DNA of 64,000 nt from Planctomycetota bacterium (GTDB lineage: Bacteria > Planctomycetota > SZUA-567 > H5-PLA8), in the NCBI GenBank assembly GCA_038227875.1, contig JBBRPR010000011.1:96001-160000 (forward strand), read 5' to 3'. The notes under the pieces were generated by a model. That model worked only from the letters and a program-made list of their open reading frames with translations. It had not been told where the DNA came from and did not search any database. Positions 9,591 to 17,997 of the stretch are shown piece by piece. The stretch's first letter is position 1; the number at the start of each line of letters is the position of its first letter. The position numbers and the translations under genes were made by a program.

Positions 9591-9647
9591 TTAGATCCGA
9601 ATGCCTTCGGAAAGTGCAGCGATGGGGTTGAACAGTTTATTTTTCAC
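9591..9647 (-). CDS. Candidate 18-aa leader peptide MKNKLFNPIAALSEGIRI
   Basis: AAAGGAGGT (9661-9653) ahead of a GTG start; SD in CCTTTGAAAGG mini-hairpin; TAA at 9593-9591. Confidence 0.5.
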   Translation of the reverse strand: MKNKLFNPIAALSEGIRI

Positions 9648-9735
9648 CGTACACCTCCTTTCAAAGGTCATGAATCGGACTTCAGAGACATATAGCGGCA
9701 GTGGATCGAATTGCTAAAGAAATCTTTTGAGATTA

Positions 9736-10104
9736 TTAGAAACGATAACTGAATATCTTACCTAACAGCATCAGCATTCTCTTTGGAAGTCCGGCTTCGG
9801 CATAGCGTTGCTGCCATACCGCTTCCTCTTGCCTTTTTCGATTAAGATACACAACCCGCTCTGTCTTGATACGTTCTACGACGTATTCTTCGACGCCACT
9901 TAGCCCGCAAATTTTTCCAAGATAGCCAGCGAAATCGCCAACAGTCTTGATCTTCACGTCGGCATCCACAAATCGAATCTCAAATTCTGCTTCGACCGCT
10001 TCCACCAAATGCGATGCAAAATCCATTTCATCGCCGTCGAGATCTTCTGAAAAAGTGGTCTCCATGAAGCCCAGTTCGGGCGCCACATCAAAAATGCGCG
10101 CCAC
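9736..10104 (-). CDS. Acyl-carrier-protein-like protein lacking the phosphopantetheine serine
   Basis: FSEDLDGDEMDF...LVEAVEAEFEIRF...IKTVGD resembles ACP FVEDLGADSLD...LVMALEEEF...ITTV; true start uncertain. Confidence 0.6.
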   Translation of the reverse strand: MARIFDVAPELGFMETTFSEDLDGDEMDFASHLVEAVEAEFEIRFVDADVKIKTVGDFAGYLGKICGLSGVEEYVVERIKTERVVYLNRKRQEEAVWQQRYAEAGLPKRMLMLLGKIFSYRF

Positions 10105-10146
10105 GATCTGAACCGTCCGATCGCACAGTTGTTGATCCGGGGCGCA

Positions 10147-10941
10147 TCACACAATCGACTGCACGCATCCACCTTCCACGCGCACGGCCGCTCCGTTAGT
10201 CGCCGATCCCTGCGGACTGCTTAGAAATACCACCATCGCCGCGACTTCATCCGTCGTAATGAAGCGTTTGAGTAGCGACGTTGGGCGCGCGGTTTTGAAG
10301 AAATTAGCTTCAATTTCCGCCGCGGTTTTTTTCTGATCGCGAGCCAGATCCTTCACGAACGTTTCCACGCCTTCCGACTTCGTCGGCCCGACCAGCACCG
10401 AGTTGACCGTCACATTCGAACCGGCCGTCAGTTGCGCCAGCCCTCGAGCGACGGCCAACTGCGCCGTCTTGGTCATGCCGTAATGGATCATCTCCTGCGG
10501 AATGTTCAGCGCCGATTCGCTGGAAATGAACACCACACGGCCCCAGTTCTGCTTCATCATCTTGGGAAAATAAAAACGCGAGAGCCGCACGCCGCTCATC
10601 ACGTTCACTTCAAAGAAGCGCATCCAGTCTGCATCAGGAATCTCGCCGAACGCTTTCGGTTCGAAGATGCCGAGGTTGTTGATCAGGATGTCGACCTCTG
10701 GAAGTTGCTCCGTGGCCTTTGCGACGCCGTCCTTCGAACCGAGGTCCGCCGCGATGCCGACGACGTCCGCGCCGCGCACATCCAGTTTGATTTTCGACAG
10801 CGCTTCATCCACGCGGTGTTGCGTCCTCCCGTTGACGATGACGCTTGCGCCTTCGCGCGCCAGCCCCGCCGCGATGGCAAAGCCGATTCCTGCAGTCGAC
10901 CCTGAGACCAGTGCACGTTTGCCGTTTAGTTTTAGATCCAT
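10147..10941 (-). CDS. SDR-family oxidoreductase
   Basis: SGSTAGIG, NNLG, YGMTK. Confidence 0.93.
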   Translation of the reverse strand: MDLKLNGKRALVSGSTAGIGFAIAAGLAREGASVIVNGRTQHRVDEALSKIKLDVRGADVVGIAADLGSKDGVAKATEQLPEVDILINNLGIFEPKAFGEIPDADWMRFFEVNVMSGVRLSRFYFPKMMKQNWGRVVFISSESALNIPQEMIHYGMTKTAQLAVARGLAQLTAGSNVTVNSVLVGPTKSEGVETFVKDLARDQKKTAAEIEANFFKTARPTSLLKRFITTDEVAAMVVFLSSPQGSATNGAAVRVEGGCVQSIV

Positions 10942-11060
10942 AATTATGCTCCCAGTTTGACCGCGGACAATACTTGCCAGTCGACCATACGTGCAACGTC
11001 TCGTCCTTCAATCCAAAATGAGCGAGGGCAATATCTGCGCGCGAAATTGGAAACGGCAAA

Positions 11061-14000
11061 TCAGCGGTCAGGCATCGTATCGACCAACTGGCAGCGCTTC
11101 CACAGCCACGGGTTGCCGAAGGGCTCCGTGTTGGGAGGCGTCAGCGTGAGGCCGCGTTTGCGGCCGTCGCCATCGTTGTCGTTAATCAGCAGCGAAAGTC
11201 CCAGAACGGTCCCGGCCCGCAGATCTACGGCGGCGATCGCGGCGGGCTGAAACGTTGCGCGAAGTTGCCAGCCGGTCGCTGTCTTCTTCCACTGCGCTTT
11301 GACCTCCGGATCCTGCCCGTTGACGGTATTGTTTGCGCCAACAAAGCGGCCACCGGGCGCTTGATCCAACCAAGCCAGAGCGGAATCGTCGTCTTTGCGG
11401 CCCAGCACCCACGTCGAGATGTTGCCATCGCCCGTCGCCATCGGCGCTCGGACGCTGGCGCGCTGGTCGAGATAAAACTGGAGCGAATCAAAATTGTAGC
11501 CGTCGGAGCCGCGGTTGGGACCGGTCACGACTCGGTCATCCGTCACTTCCGCCCAGAGATGCAAGCCGGCGGGACTCCACGCGAAAGCCACGCGGGCAGC
11601 GAGATCGGCCGGACCCTTATGCGGATGCAGCGCGTCAAAATCCTTGGATAAACTTTCTTCGCCCAAGTCCAGCCAATCCTTCGGCTGCCACGTCTCCACG
11701 TCGCCGTTCAGCCGCGGAATCAGGAGGACCGGAATGCGCAGCCGGCCCGCGTCAAGATCGTCACCGCAGGTCACTTCGTAACCCAGCACCGCATCGGACT
11801 GCCATGGAAATTTCTCCGCCGGCAGGATCAGGTCTGCGGTCCCGAAAGGAGGGAGCTCAAATTTCCATTCGTCGCGAGGCACAGTCACGCCTGCACTCGC
11901 TTCCGTCCAGTGGATCCGGCAAGCTAAGGCCCGACGCTCATGATTGTGTACTGTCACTTTGACTTTTCCGTCGAGCAATCGGGAAGCAGTGAGCCCCAGC
12001 GGAAAAGCAAAACCGCGCCAGTCGGCAGTCTGGAGACTCTGAATCGCCGTGTCCGCAGCAGTTCCAGCGGGAAAGGTGAGATACAACGGCAAATACGTCA
12101 CCGGCAAATCGTCGCCGTTCAGGGGATTGCCGTTGACGTCGAATGCGGAGCACAGTTTCGGCCGTGTCAGCATTCCCTTTTCACCGTAGACACGCGCGTT
12201 GATGGAGGCCACAAGCGAACCGTCCGCGCGCGTGAACAACAGTGCCCGGGCGGCATCGTGAACGGGCACGTTTCGTCCGCTGACGATGTTGATGCCGAGT
12301 TTGGCGATGGCTCGAAAGCCCCCCGCCGCCAGATAGAGCCAGGACGAAGAGAAAGGCGTGTGCACAAAAACGCAGGTATTTGAGGTCAACGCGCCAAACG
12401 GCGCGCCGACTGTCATGCCATGAAGCACCGTCTGCAGGATCCGGCCGGCCTGCTCCGTTTCGTTGGCGGCGAAATAGCTGCGTTCGTATTCGCCCTGATG
12501 GATTCCATTAAGGACGCCGTAGTACTGTTCGCTGTTGACGATGGGCATTCCAGGCGCAGCGCGGTCCATGATCGCGCGCAGTCGGTTCAAATCGTTCACG
12601 ATCGGCGCGTTCTCAGCGGAGTTGCGGTAGGGATGCACCGTCACCAGATCAATCAGTTTCAAGCCGCCCAGTTTGGCCACCGCGTCCACGTAGTCACAAT
12701 CGATGCCGTTCACATTTAAGGCCAGCTTTACGTGCGGAGCCACGCGGCGCACTTCCGGAGCCACCGCGGAAAGCACCTGCATGTAGCGGCTGGGCGGCAT
12801 GGCGCTCTGGCCATTGACCGTCCAGATGTTGGGTTCGTTGAGCATTTCAATCTCGTCGACGACGCCGTCCAAGGCATGAGCGACTTCCGCAAACCCGGCG
12901 ACGTAGCGCGGCAGTTCCTTCGCCACGTCCTCATCCGTGGGCGGTTTTCCGGCTTTGGACATGGTATGAAAGTTCAAGGTCGAATCGTTAGCCGGCTCGA
13001 TCACGATCATCGTCCGTTTTGCGGTGCGGTGCTGCTCGCTCAAGATCCGCGCGGCGCGTTCCAGCGCCGGATCGGCTCCGCCACCCGAATGCAATTCGTA
13101 AAATGTGCGCCGAAATCCCATGCCCAGCCGCTTGGATACAGATTCCCCGAAACGAAACAGGGCCATCGTCTGCTGCAACGGAAGGGTATCGAGTCCGATC
13201 AGCGAATTGATTTCCGGATCGGCAGCAAAGACGGCGTATCGTGCGTCGGATTCGGCCACGACTCCGCCGGCGGCGTCGGCCACACTGAGCTGGCAGGCGA
13301 TCACGCCTTCGAGTTCGTGATTTACCGGAATCGAAATGGCGCGACGCGTCTCCGCTCCGATCGCAATCTCCACCTTCGTCTCAAAAACCACTTCTGTTGC
13401 GGCGTCCACTGCGCGCAGTTTTAGCCACAACGGATCTTTAACACCTCCGGGCAGTTGGACGATCGCATTTAACTCCGCCGGACCCGGCCGCAGAATTCCG
13501 CCGTCGCCAGGGGCGTCCAATCCAACCTGCGGCCCACATGCGTACGCGGTGGCCGCATCGCCGTCTTCAACCTGGACTGAATCTACATCTATCGAGCGTA
13601 CTGGATCGATGCGCACATACACACTATTGGCATGCGGATGCCCCTCGTCCGAGGGGCGGAACGTGACGAAGAACCGTTTCCACTCCGTGGTCAGCTCGCC
13701 GGCTTTGACCGGCAGCTCTTTGAATTTCCAATTCGGAGTGATGAGAAAACAACGTGCGGCGAGATCGTCGCCGTGCGCCTCCCCAGCCCGCGTACCCGGC
13801 GACAGTCGCAGGCTGAACGAAAGCGTATAGGGATGATTGGGAATCGCCGGCATGACTGCGCTGATCAAACTGGCGCCACCGCCGGGCAAACGAATCGCAT
13901 AGGGAGCGCTTTCGGGCGCGTCGGCAATACGCGAAGGAAGCGGGGCGTCGACATCCTTGGGTGGCCAGCACTCCAGAAACCAGCCGCCGGCGCCGGCGTC

Positions 14001-14576
14001 AAAGCCAGGATTCTCAAGCATATTTTTGCGCTGAGGCCGGCGGACCTCCGCGGTCGCGCCAACCGTGGCCAATGCCAAAGACGGACCAGAAATCTCAGCG
14101 TCTCCTTGAGTGATGGAGACATGCAGAAATATAGGCCGCCCCGCCCAATCCTTTCCCGACGGTACACTGGTTGCTAAACGATACCGTCGCCACGTTCCGG
14201 TCAAGGCCACTGACTGCGGCGCGTACCAATGCTTGCCGTCGCGCGGATCGGAATAGATGATCAGCGTCAGCGCCTGGCCAGCGTGCGATGCGCGCGCGAC
14301 GATCTCGGCGGACACGGATTCGCCCGGCTTGTCGACGGAAAGCGTGGCCACCCGCAAACAGACGCCTTCTGCCGCGCCCTCCGGCACGGAGAGATGCACG
14401 ACAGGAGCGCCGCCGGGTGCGTTCGCTCCGGCTGAAATCGTTGCCGCGCCGCCAGCCTTCGCGCCATCAAATCGCGTCCAACCTTCGGGTAGCTTGGTTG
14501 GTTCCGCAGCGCGCGCTACGGATGCGCACAGCAGAATAATAGCCGCCAGAGTTAAATGTTTGCGAGGATGAGCCAT
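11061..14576 (-). CDS. Large secreted glycoside-hydrolase-like protein (CBM-like modules, clan GH-A-type core, C-terminal CBM9-like domain)
   Basis: Signal peptide; NMLENPGFD...IDVDSVQVE; EMLNEPN, VHPY, NSE; VTDD...DSLQFYLD...INDND. Confidence 0.7.
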   Translation of the reverse strand: MAHPRKHLTLAAIILLCASVARAAEPTKLPEGWTRFDGAKAGGAATISAGANAPGGAPVVHLSVPEGAAEGVCLRVATLSVDKPGESVSAEIVARASHAGQALTLIIYSDPRDGKHWYAPQSVALTGTWRRYRLATSVPSGKDWAGRPIFLHVSITQGDAEISGPSLALATVGATAEVRRPQRKNMLENPGFDAGAGGWFLECWPPKDVDAPLPSRIADAPESAPYAIRLPGGGASLISAVMPAIPNHPYTLSFSLRLSPGTRAGEAHGDDLAARCFLITPNWKFKELPVKAGELTTEWKRFFVTFRPSDEGHPHANSVYVRIDPVRSIDVDSVQVEDGDAATAYACGPQVGLDAPGDGGILRPGPAELNAIVQLPGGVKDPLWLKLRAVDAATEVVFETKVEIAIGAETRRAISIPVNHELEGVIACQLSVADAAGGVVAESDARYAVFAADPEINSLIGLDTLPLQQTMALFRFGESVSKRLGMGFRRTFYELHSGGGADPALERAARILSEQHRTAKRTMIVIEPANDSTLNFHTMSKAGKPPTDEDVAKELPRYVAGFAEVAHALDGVVDEIEMLNEPNIWTVNGQSAMPPSRYMQVLSAVAPEVRRVAPHVKLALNVNGIDCDYVDAVAKLGGLKLIDLVTVHPYRNSAENAPIVNDLNRLRAIMDRAAPGMPIVNSEQYYGVLNGIHQGEYERSYFAANETEQAGRILQTVLHGMTVGAPFGALTSNTCVFVHTPFSSSWLYLAAGGFRAIAKLGINIVSGRNVPVHDAARALLFTRADGSLVASINARVYGEKGMLTRPKLCSAFDVNGNPLNGDDLPVTYLPLYLTFPAGTAADTAIQSLQTADWRGFAFPLGLTASRLLDGKVKVTVHNHERRALACRIHWTEASAGVTVPRDEWKFELPPFGTADLILPAEKFPWQSDAVLGYEVTCGDDLDAGRLRIPVLLIPRLNGDVETWQPKDWLDLGEESLSKDFDALHPHKGPADLAARVAFAWSPAGLHLWAEVTDDRVVTGPNRGSDGYNFDSLQFYLDQRASVRAPMATGDGNISTWVLGRKDDDSALAWLDQAPGGRFVGANNTVNGQDPEVKAQWKKTATGWQLRATFQPAAIAAVDLRAGTVLGLSLLINDNDGDGRKRGLTLTPPNTEPFGNPWLWKRCQLVDTMPDR

Positions 14577-14646
14577 CGTTAGCGATTCTCATGGAAAAAG
14601 TGGGTGTTGTAGAAGAGTCGACAGTCAGGAGGCTACCGGTTGCTTT

Positions 14647-16374
14647 CTACCTTAGCAACACCTTCAATTGAGTCAGCCCGCGCAGCGGGCGGCTCTTGCG
14701 ATGGGAGATGCGCTGCGGCGGCATACGGATATCGGGAAACCGGCGCAGCAGCGTGCCGATCGCGATTGCGCCTTCCATCCGCGCCAGCGCTGCGCCGAGG
14801 CAGAAATGAATTCCCGCGCCAAACGCCAAGTGCCGGTTGTCGGCACGCGTCAGGTCCAGACGGTCGGCGTTTTCAAAATGACTCGTGTCGCGATTGGCTG
14901 ATCCGATGCTCGCCAGCACATAGTCGCCGCGCTTGATTTTCTGGCCACCGAATTCCAGATCTTCGCTGACGATACGCGCCGTCCATTGCACGGGACTGTC
15001 GTAGCGCAGCAGTTCCTCCAGCGCCGTCGGCATGATGGACGGATCGTCGCGAAGCTTTCGGAGTTGCTCCGGATTTTCGAAGAGCGCCAGCATCCCATTG
15101 CCGATCAAGTTCGTCGTCGTCTCGTGCCCGGCGGCCAGAAGCAAAATGGCGTTGGCGTACAGTTCCATTTCGCTGAGCTTATCCCCCGCGGCCTCGGCGG
15201 TGGCCATGGCGCTCAGCAATCCGCCCTTGGGTGAACGGCGCAGGTTGGCAACGACGCCCTCGAAATACTCGCGGATCTCCAGCATCGCTTTCGCGCCGTG
15301 CTTGTCTTCAGCGATGGTGTTGGTCGAAGTCAGCAACCCGGCGACGTCGTCGGACCAGCGCTTCAGATCGTCGCGATCGTCGGCCGGGACTCCGAGCATC
15401 TCGCAGATCACCACCGTTGGCAGCGGGTACGCGAAGTCGCCGATCAGATCCATCTCGCCGCGGACCGCAACGCGGTCGAGCATCTCGTCGGTGATCTCCT
15501 GAATCCGTGTGCCCATCTCGGCGATCGCACGCGGCGTAAACGCGGCGCTGACCAAGCCGCGCAGGCGAGTATGGCGAGGCGGATCCTGCAGCAGCATTAC
15601 ATTGGAGAGGTATTCGGGGATCGGGCAGAGTTCCGCGCGGATCGCCGGCGGCAGGCGATCACGGGAGAGTTCCGGCGGCACGAACTTCGCAAAATCGCGC
15701 ACGAACCGCGGGTCGCGGAGCACCGTGCCGACATCGTCGTGGCGCGACGCGATCCAGAATCCCAGCAGCGGATCGCGCCGCAGTCCTTCCTTACGCAGCC
15801 GCGCGTACGCTGGATACGGATTGCGCATGAACTGCGGGTTGACGATGCTGAGCTGCCAGAAAACTTTGCGCGCCAGGCCGACCTTTCGAAAAAGCCGAAT
15901 GGGCAGATATCCAAGGTAACGAATCGTCTTCAGAGGAAAGGGCGTATGCGAATCCCAACCGTAACTTTCAAATTCGTGGCACACTCTACAGGCGTGCAAG
16001 TAAGAAACCTTGCAATTCTTGAACGGATCTCGAAAATATCGTCGCTTCAAAATGGCGAGAAGCACATGTTGGCTGCCCACCTGTTGACTCTTACGGTCTA
16101 TAGCTACTTCAATTGCGCTGCTGAATAAATCCCGGACGCTAAAGGATTGGTGAGTTGTTTCTTTACGAGAGGTACCGAGTTCAAATGGAAAAACTCTTCG
16201 CAGATCGTCGCTGACCTCCATTCGATTCAGGATTTTTGCCGCGTGCGAATTCGGTTTTGCTAGAATCGCAATCATTAAATCGGAATGCATTATCGATGCG
16301 TTGCCGCGCGATTGAGCAATCTCGATCGCTTCGAATACGAGATTCTTTAATTCGTTGGTAAAACGATGCCACAC
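14647..16374 (-). CDS. Cytochrome P450 with N-terminal Clp-N-like double repeat
   Basis: AAGHETT, EELLRY, FGAGIHFCLG; N-terminus MWHRFT...EIAQSRG...DLMIAIL / EVAIDRK...VGSQHVLLAIL. Confidence 0.85.
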   Translation of the reverse strand: MWHRFTNELKNLVFEAIEIAQSRGNASIMHSDLMIAILAKPNSHAAKILNRMEVSDDLRRVFPFELGTSRKETTHQSFSVRDLFSSAIEVAIDRKSQQVGSQHVLLAILKRRYFRDPFKNCKVSYLHACRVCHEFESYGWDSHTPFPLKTIRYLGYLPIRLFRKVGLARKVFWQLSIVNPQFMRNPYPAYARLRKEGLRRDPLLGFWIASRHDDVGTVLRDPRFVRDFAKFVPPELSRDRLPPAIRAELCPIPEYLSNVMLLQDPPRHTRLRGLVSAAFTPRAIAEMGTRIQEITDEMLDRVAVRGEMDLIGDFAYPLPTVVICEMLGVPADDRDDLKRWSDDVAGLLTSTNTIAEDKHGAKAMLEIREYFEGVVANLRRSPKGGLLSAMATAEAAGDKLSEMELYANAILLLAAGHETTTNLIGNGMLALFENPEQLRKLRDDPSIMPTALEELLRYDSPVQWTARIVSEDLEFGGQKIKRGDYVLASIGSANRDTSHFENADRLDLTRADNRHLAFGAGIHFCLGAALARMEGAIAIGTLLRRFPDIRMPPQRISHRKSRPLRGLTQLKVLLR

Positions 16375-16597
16375 CGCTTAGTGAACTCCGCGGCTGCGAC
16401 CGAAATAGTCGGAAATGGGAACCCAAACATTCACAAAATCACTCTCTACGATCGGGCCACGCATGCAAATCCAGAGCCACGCGCGATTTCGGATCTCTAA
16501 AAATTTCCTAAAACCGCTTGAAAGCGCGCCGCTTTCTAATAACTTTTAGAGTTTTGCAAGGTCTGTACTTCTAACAGTTTGAAGGAGATGGTTTGAG

Positions 16598-17917
16598 ATG
16601 GCAGAAGAGAACCGCACCAGCGTCGTTGAAGAAGTAGGCGCCAAGTCCGCCTTGGATCTGCCGGCGATTCTGCGCCTGCGCACCGCGGCACGAAACAGCG
16701 CTGCCGAACACCGCACGCTGCAGAGCCGCTTGAGCGCGCTTGAAAACGAAAACATCAGCAAAGAAGAAAAGGGCCTCCGCTCGGCCGCTTACAATTGGAT
16801 TCTCGGCCGCCTTGAACAGGCCGAAGGCGCGGTGAAAGGCTTGCCCGCTCCCGTCATGCACCTCATCAAGGGCGGCATCGCGTATGATCGCGGCCAGTTC
16901 GACGCCGCTGTCAACGAACTGACGCAGGCGTACGAAGCCTCCGGCAACCTGATCAAGGTCGGCGCGGAACTCGCCGGCGCTCTGCGCGCCGCGGGCAAAC
17001 CCGCCGATGCGCTGAAGCTGATCGAACGCTTGGAAAAGACCGCTGGCGAAGACACCGATGTCCTCCTGCAAAAGGGCTGGGCGCTGGAAGTCTCCGGGCA
17101 GCAGGAAGCCGCCTGCACCGCGTACGAACGCGCCGTGGAACTCGACGGCCAGAACGCGCAGGCCGCGTTCCGCCTCGCGTACTATCTGGATCTCCGCGGT
17201 GAGGACGGCCGCGCAATCGAGCTCTACAAGAAGGTCACCGGACAGGGCATCGCCTTCGTCAACGCCATGATCAACCTCGGCCTGCTGTACGAGGACAAGG
17301 ACGACATGGACGCAGCGATCGCGTGCTTCAAGGAAGCGATCAAGGCCGATCCGACTAACCGCCGCGCGACGCTGTATCTCCGCGACGCCGTCGAATCGCT
17401 CGATATGTACTACGACGAAGGCCAGCGCAAGGAATCCGATCGCCTGGAAGCCGTGCTGCGCATTCCCGTCAACGACTTCGAACTCTCCGTTCGCAGCCGC
17501 AACTGCCTGGCGAAGATGAACGTCAAGACGCTCGGCGACATGGTCCGCAAGACCGAAGCCGAACTGCTGGCGTACAAGAACTTCGGCGAGACCAGCCTGC
17601 GCGAAATAAAGCAGCTCCTGGAAAGCAAGGGCCTGCGTCTGGGCATGCACAAGGAAGAAGAACAGAAGCGCGCCCGCGCTCAACGTCTGCGCCTTGGCGG
17701 TCAGGAAAACGCCGTGCTGGCCAAGCCGATCATGGATCTGGAATTGTCCGTGCGGTCGCGGAAGTGCATGCAGCGCTTGAACATTGAGACCATCGGCGAC
17801 CTCTGTGAAAAGAGCGAAGCCGACCTGCTGGCCACGAAGAACTTCGGTCAGACCAGTCTCAACGAGATCAAGCAGAAGCTCGGCGAGATCAACCTGGCGC
17901 TGAAGCAGAACGACTGA
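16598..17917 (+). CDS. TPR protein with two tandem RNA polymerase alpha C-terminal domains
   Basis: TPR motifs followed by two ELSVRSRxC...KNFGxTSLxEIK units; GAAGGAG SD. Confidence 0.9.
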   Translation: MAEENRTSVVEEVGAKSALDLPAILRLRTAARNSAAEHRTLQSRLSALENENISKEEKGLRSAAYNWILGRLEQAEGAVKGLPAPVMHLIKGGIAYDRGQFDAAVNELTQAYEASGNLIKVGAELAGALRAAGKPADALKLIERLEKTAGEDTDVLLQKGWALEVSGQQEAACTAYERAVELDGQNAQAAFRLAYYLDLRGEDGRAIELYKKVTGQGIAFVNAMINLGLLYEDKDDMDAAIACFKEAIKADPTNRRATLYLRDAVESLDMYYDEGQRKESDRLEAVLRIPVNDFELSVRSRNCLAKMNVKTLGDMVRKTEAELLAYKNFGETSLREIKQLLESKGLRLGMHKEEEQKRARAQRLRLGGQENAVLAKPIMDLELSVRSRKCMQRLNIETIGDLCEKSEADLLATKNFGQTSLNEIKQKLGEINLALKQND

Positions 17918-17949
17918 GGCGAATGCCGAAAACGGAATGTCGAATGTCG

Positions 17950-17981
17950 AAAAAACTCCCCGCGAAACGCGGGGAGTTTTT
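17950..17981. terminator. Bidirectional rho-independent terminator preceded by a heptamer array (17920-17954)
   Basis: AAAAAACTCCCCGCG-AAA-CGCGGGGAGTTTTT between convergent genes. Confidence 0.9.
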
Positions 17982-17997
17982 GTTGAATCGGTGAGTT

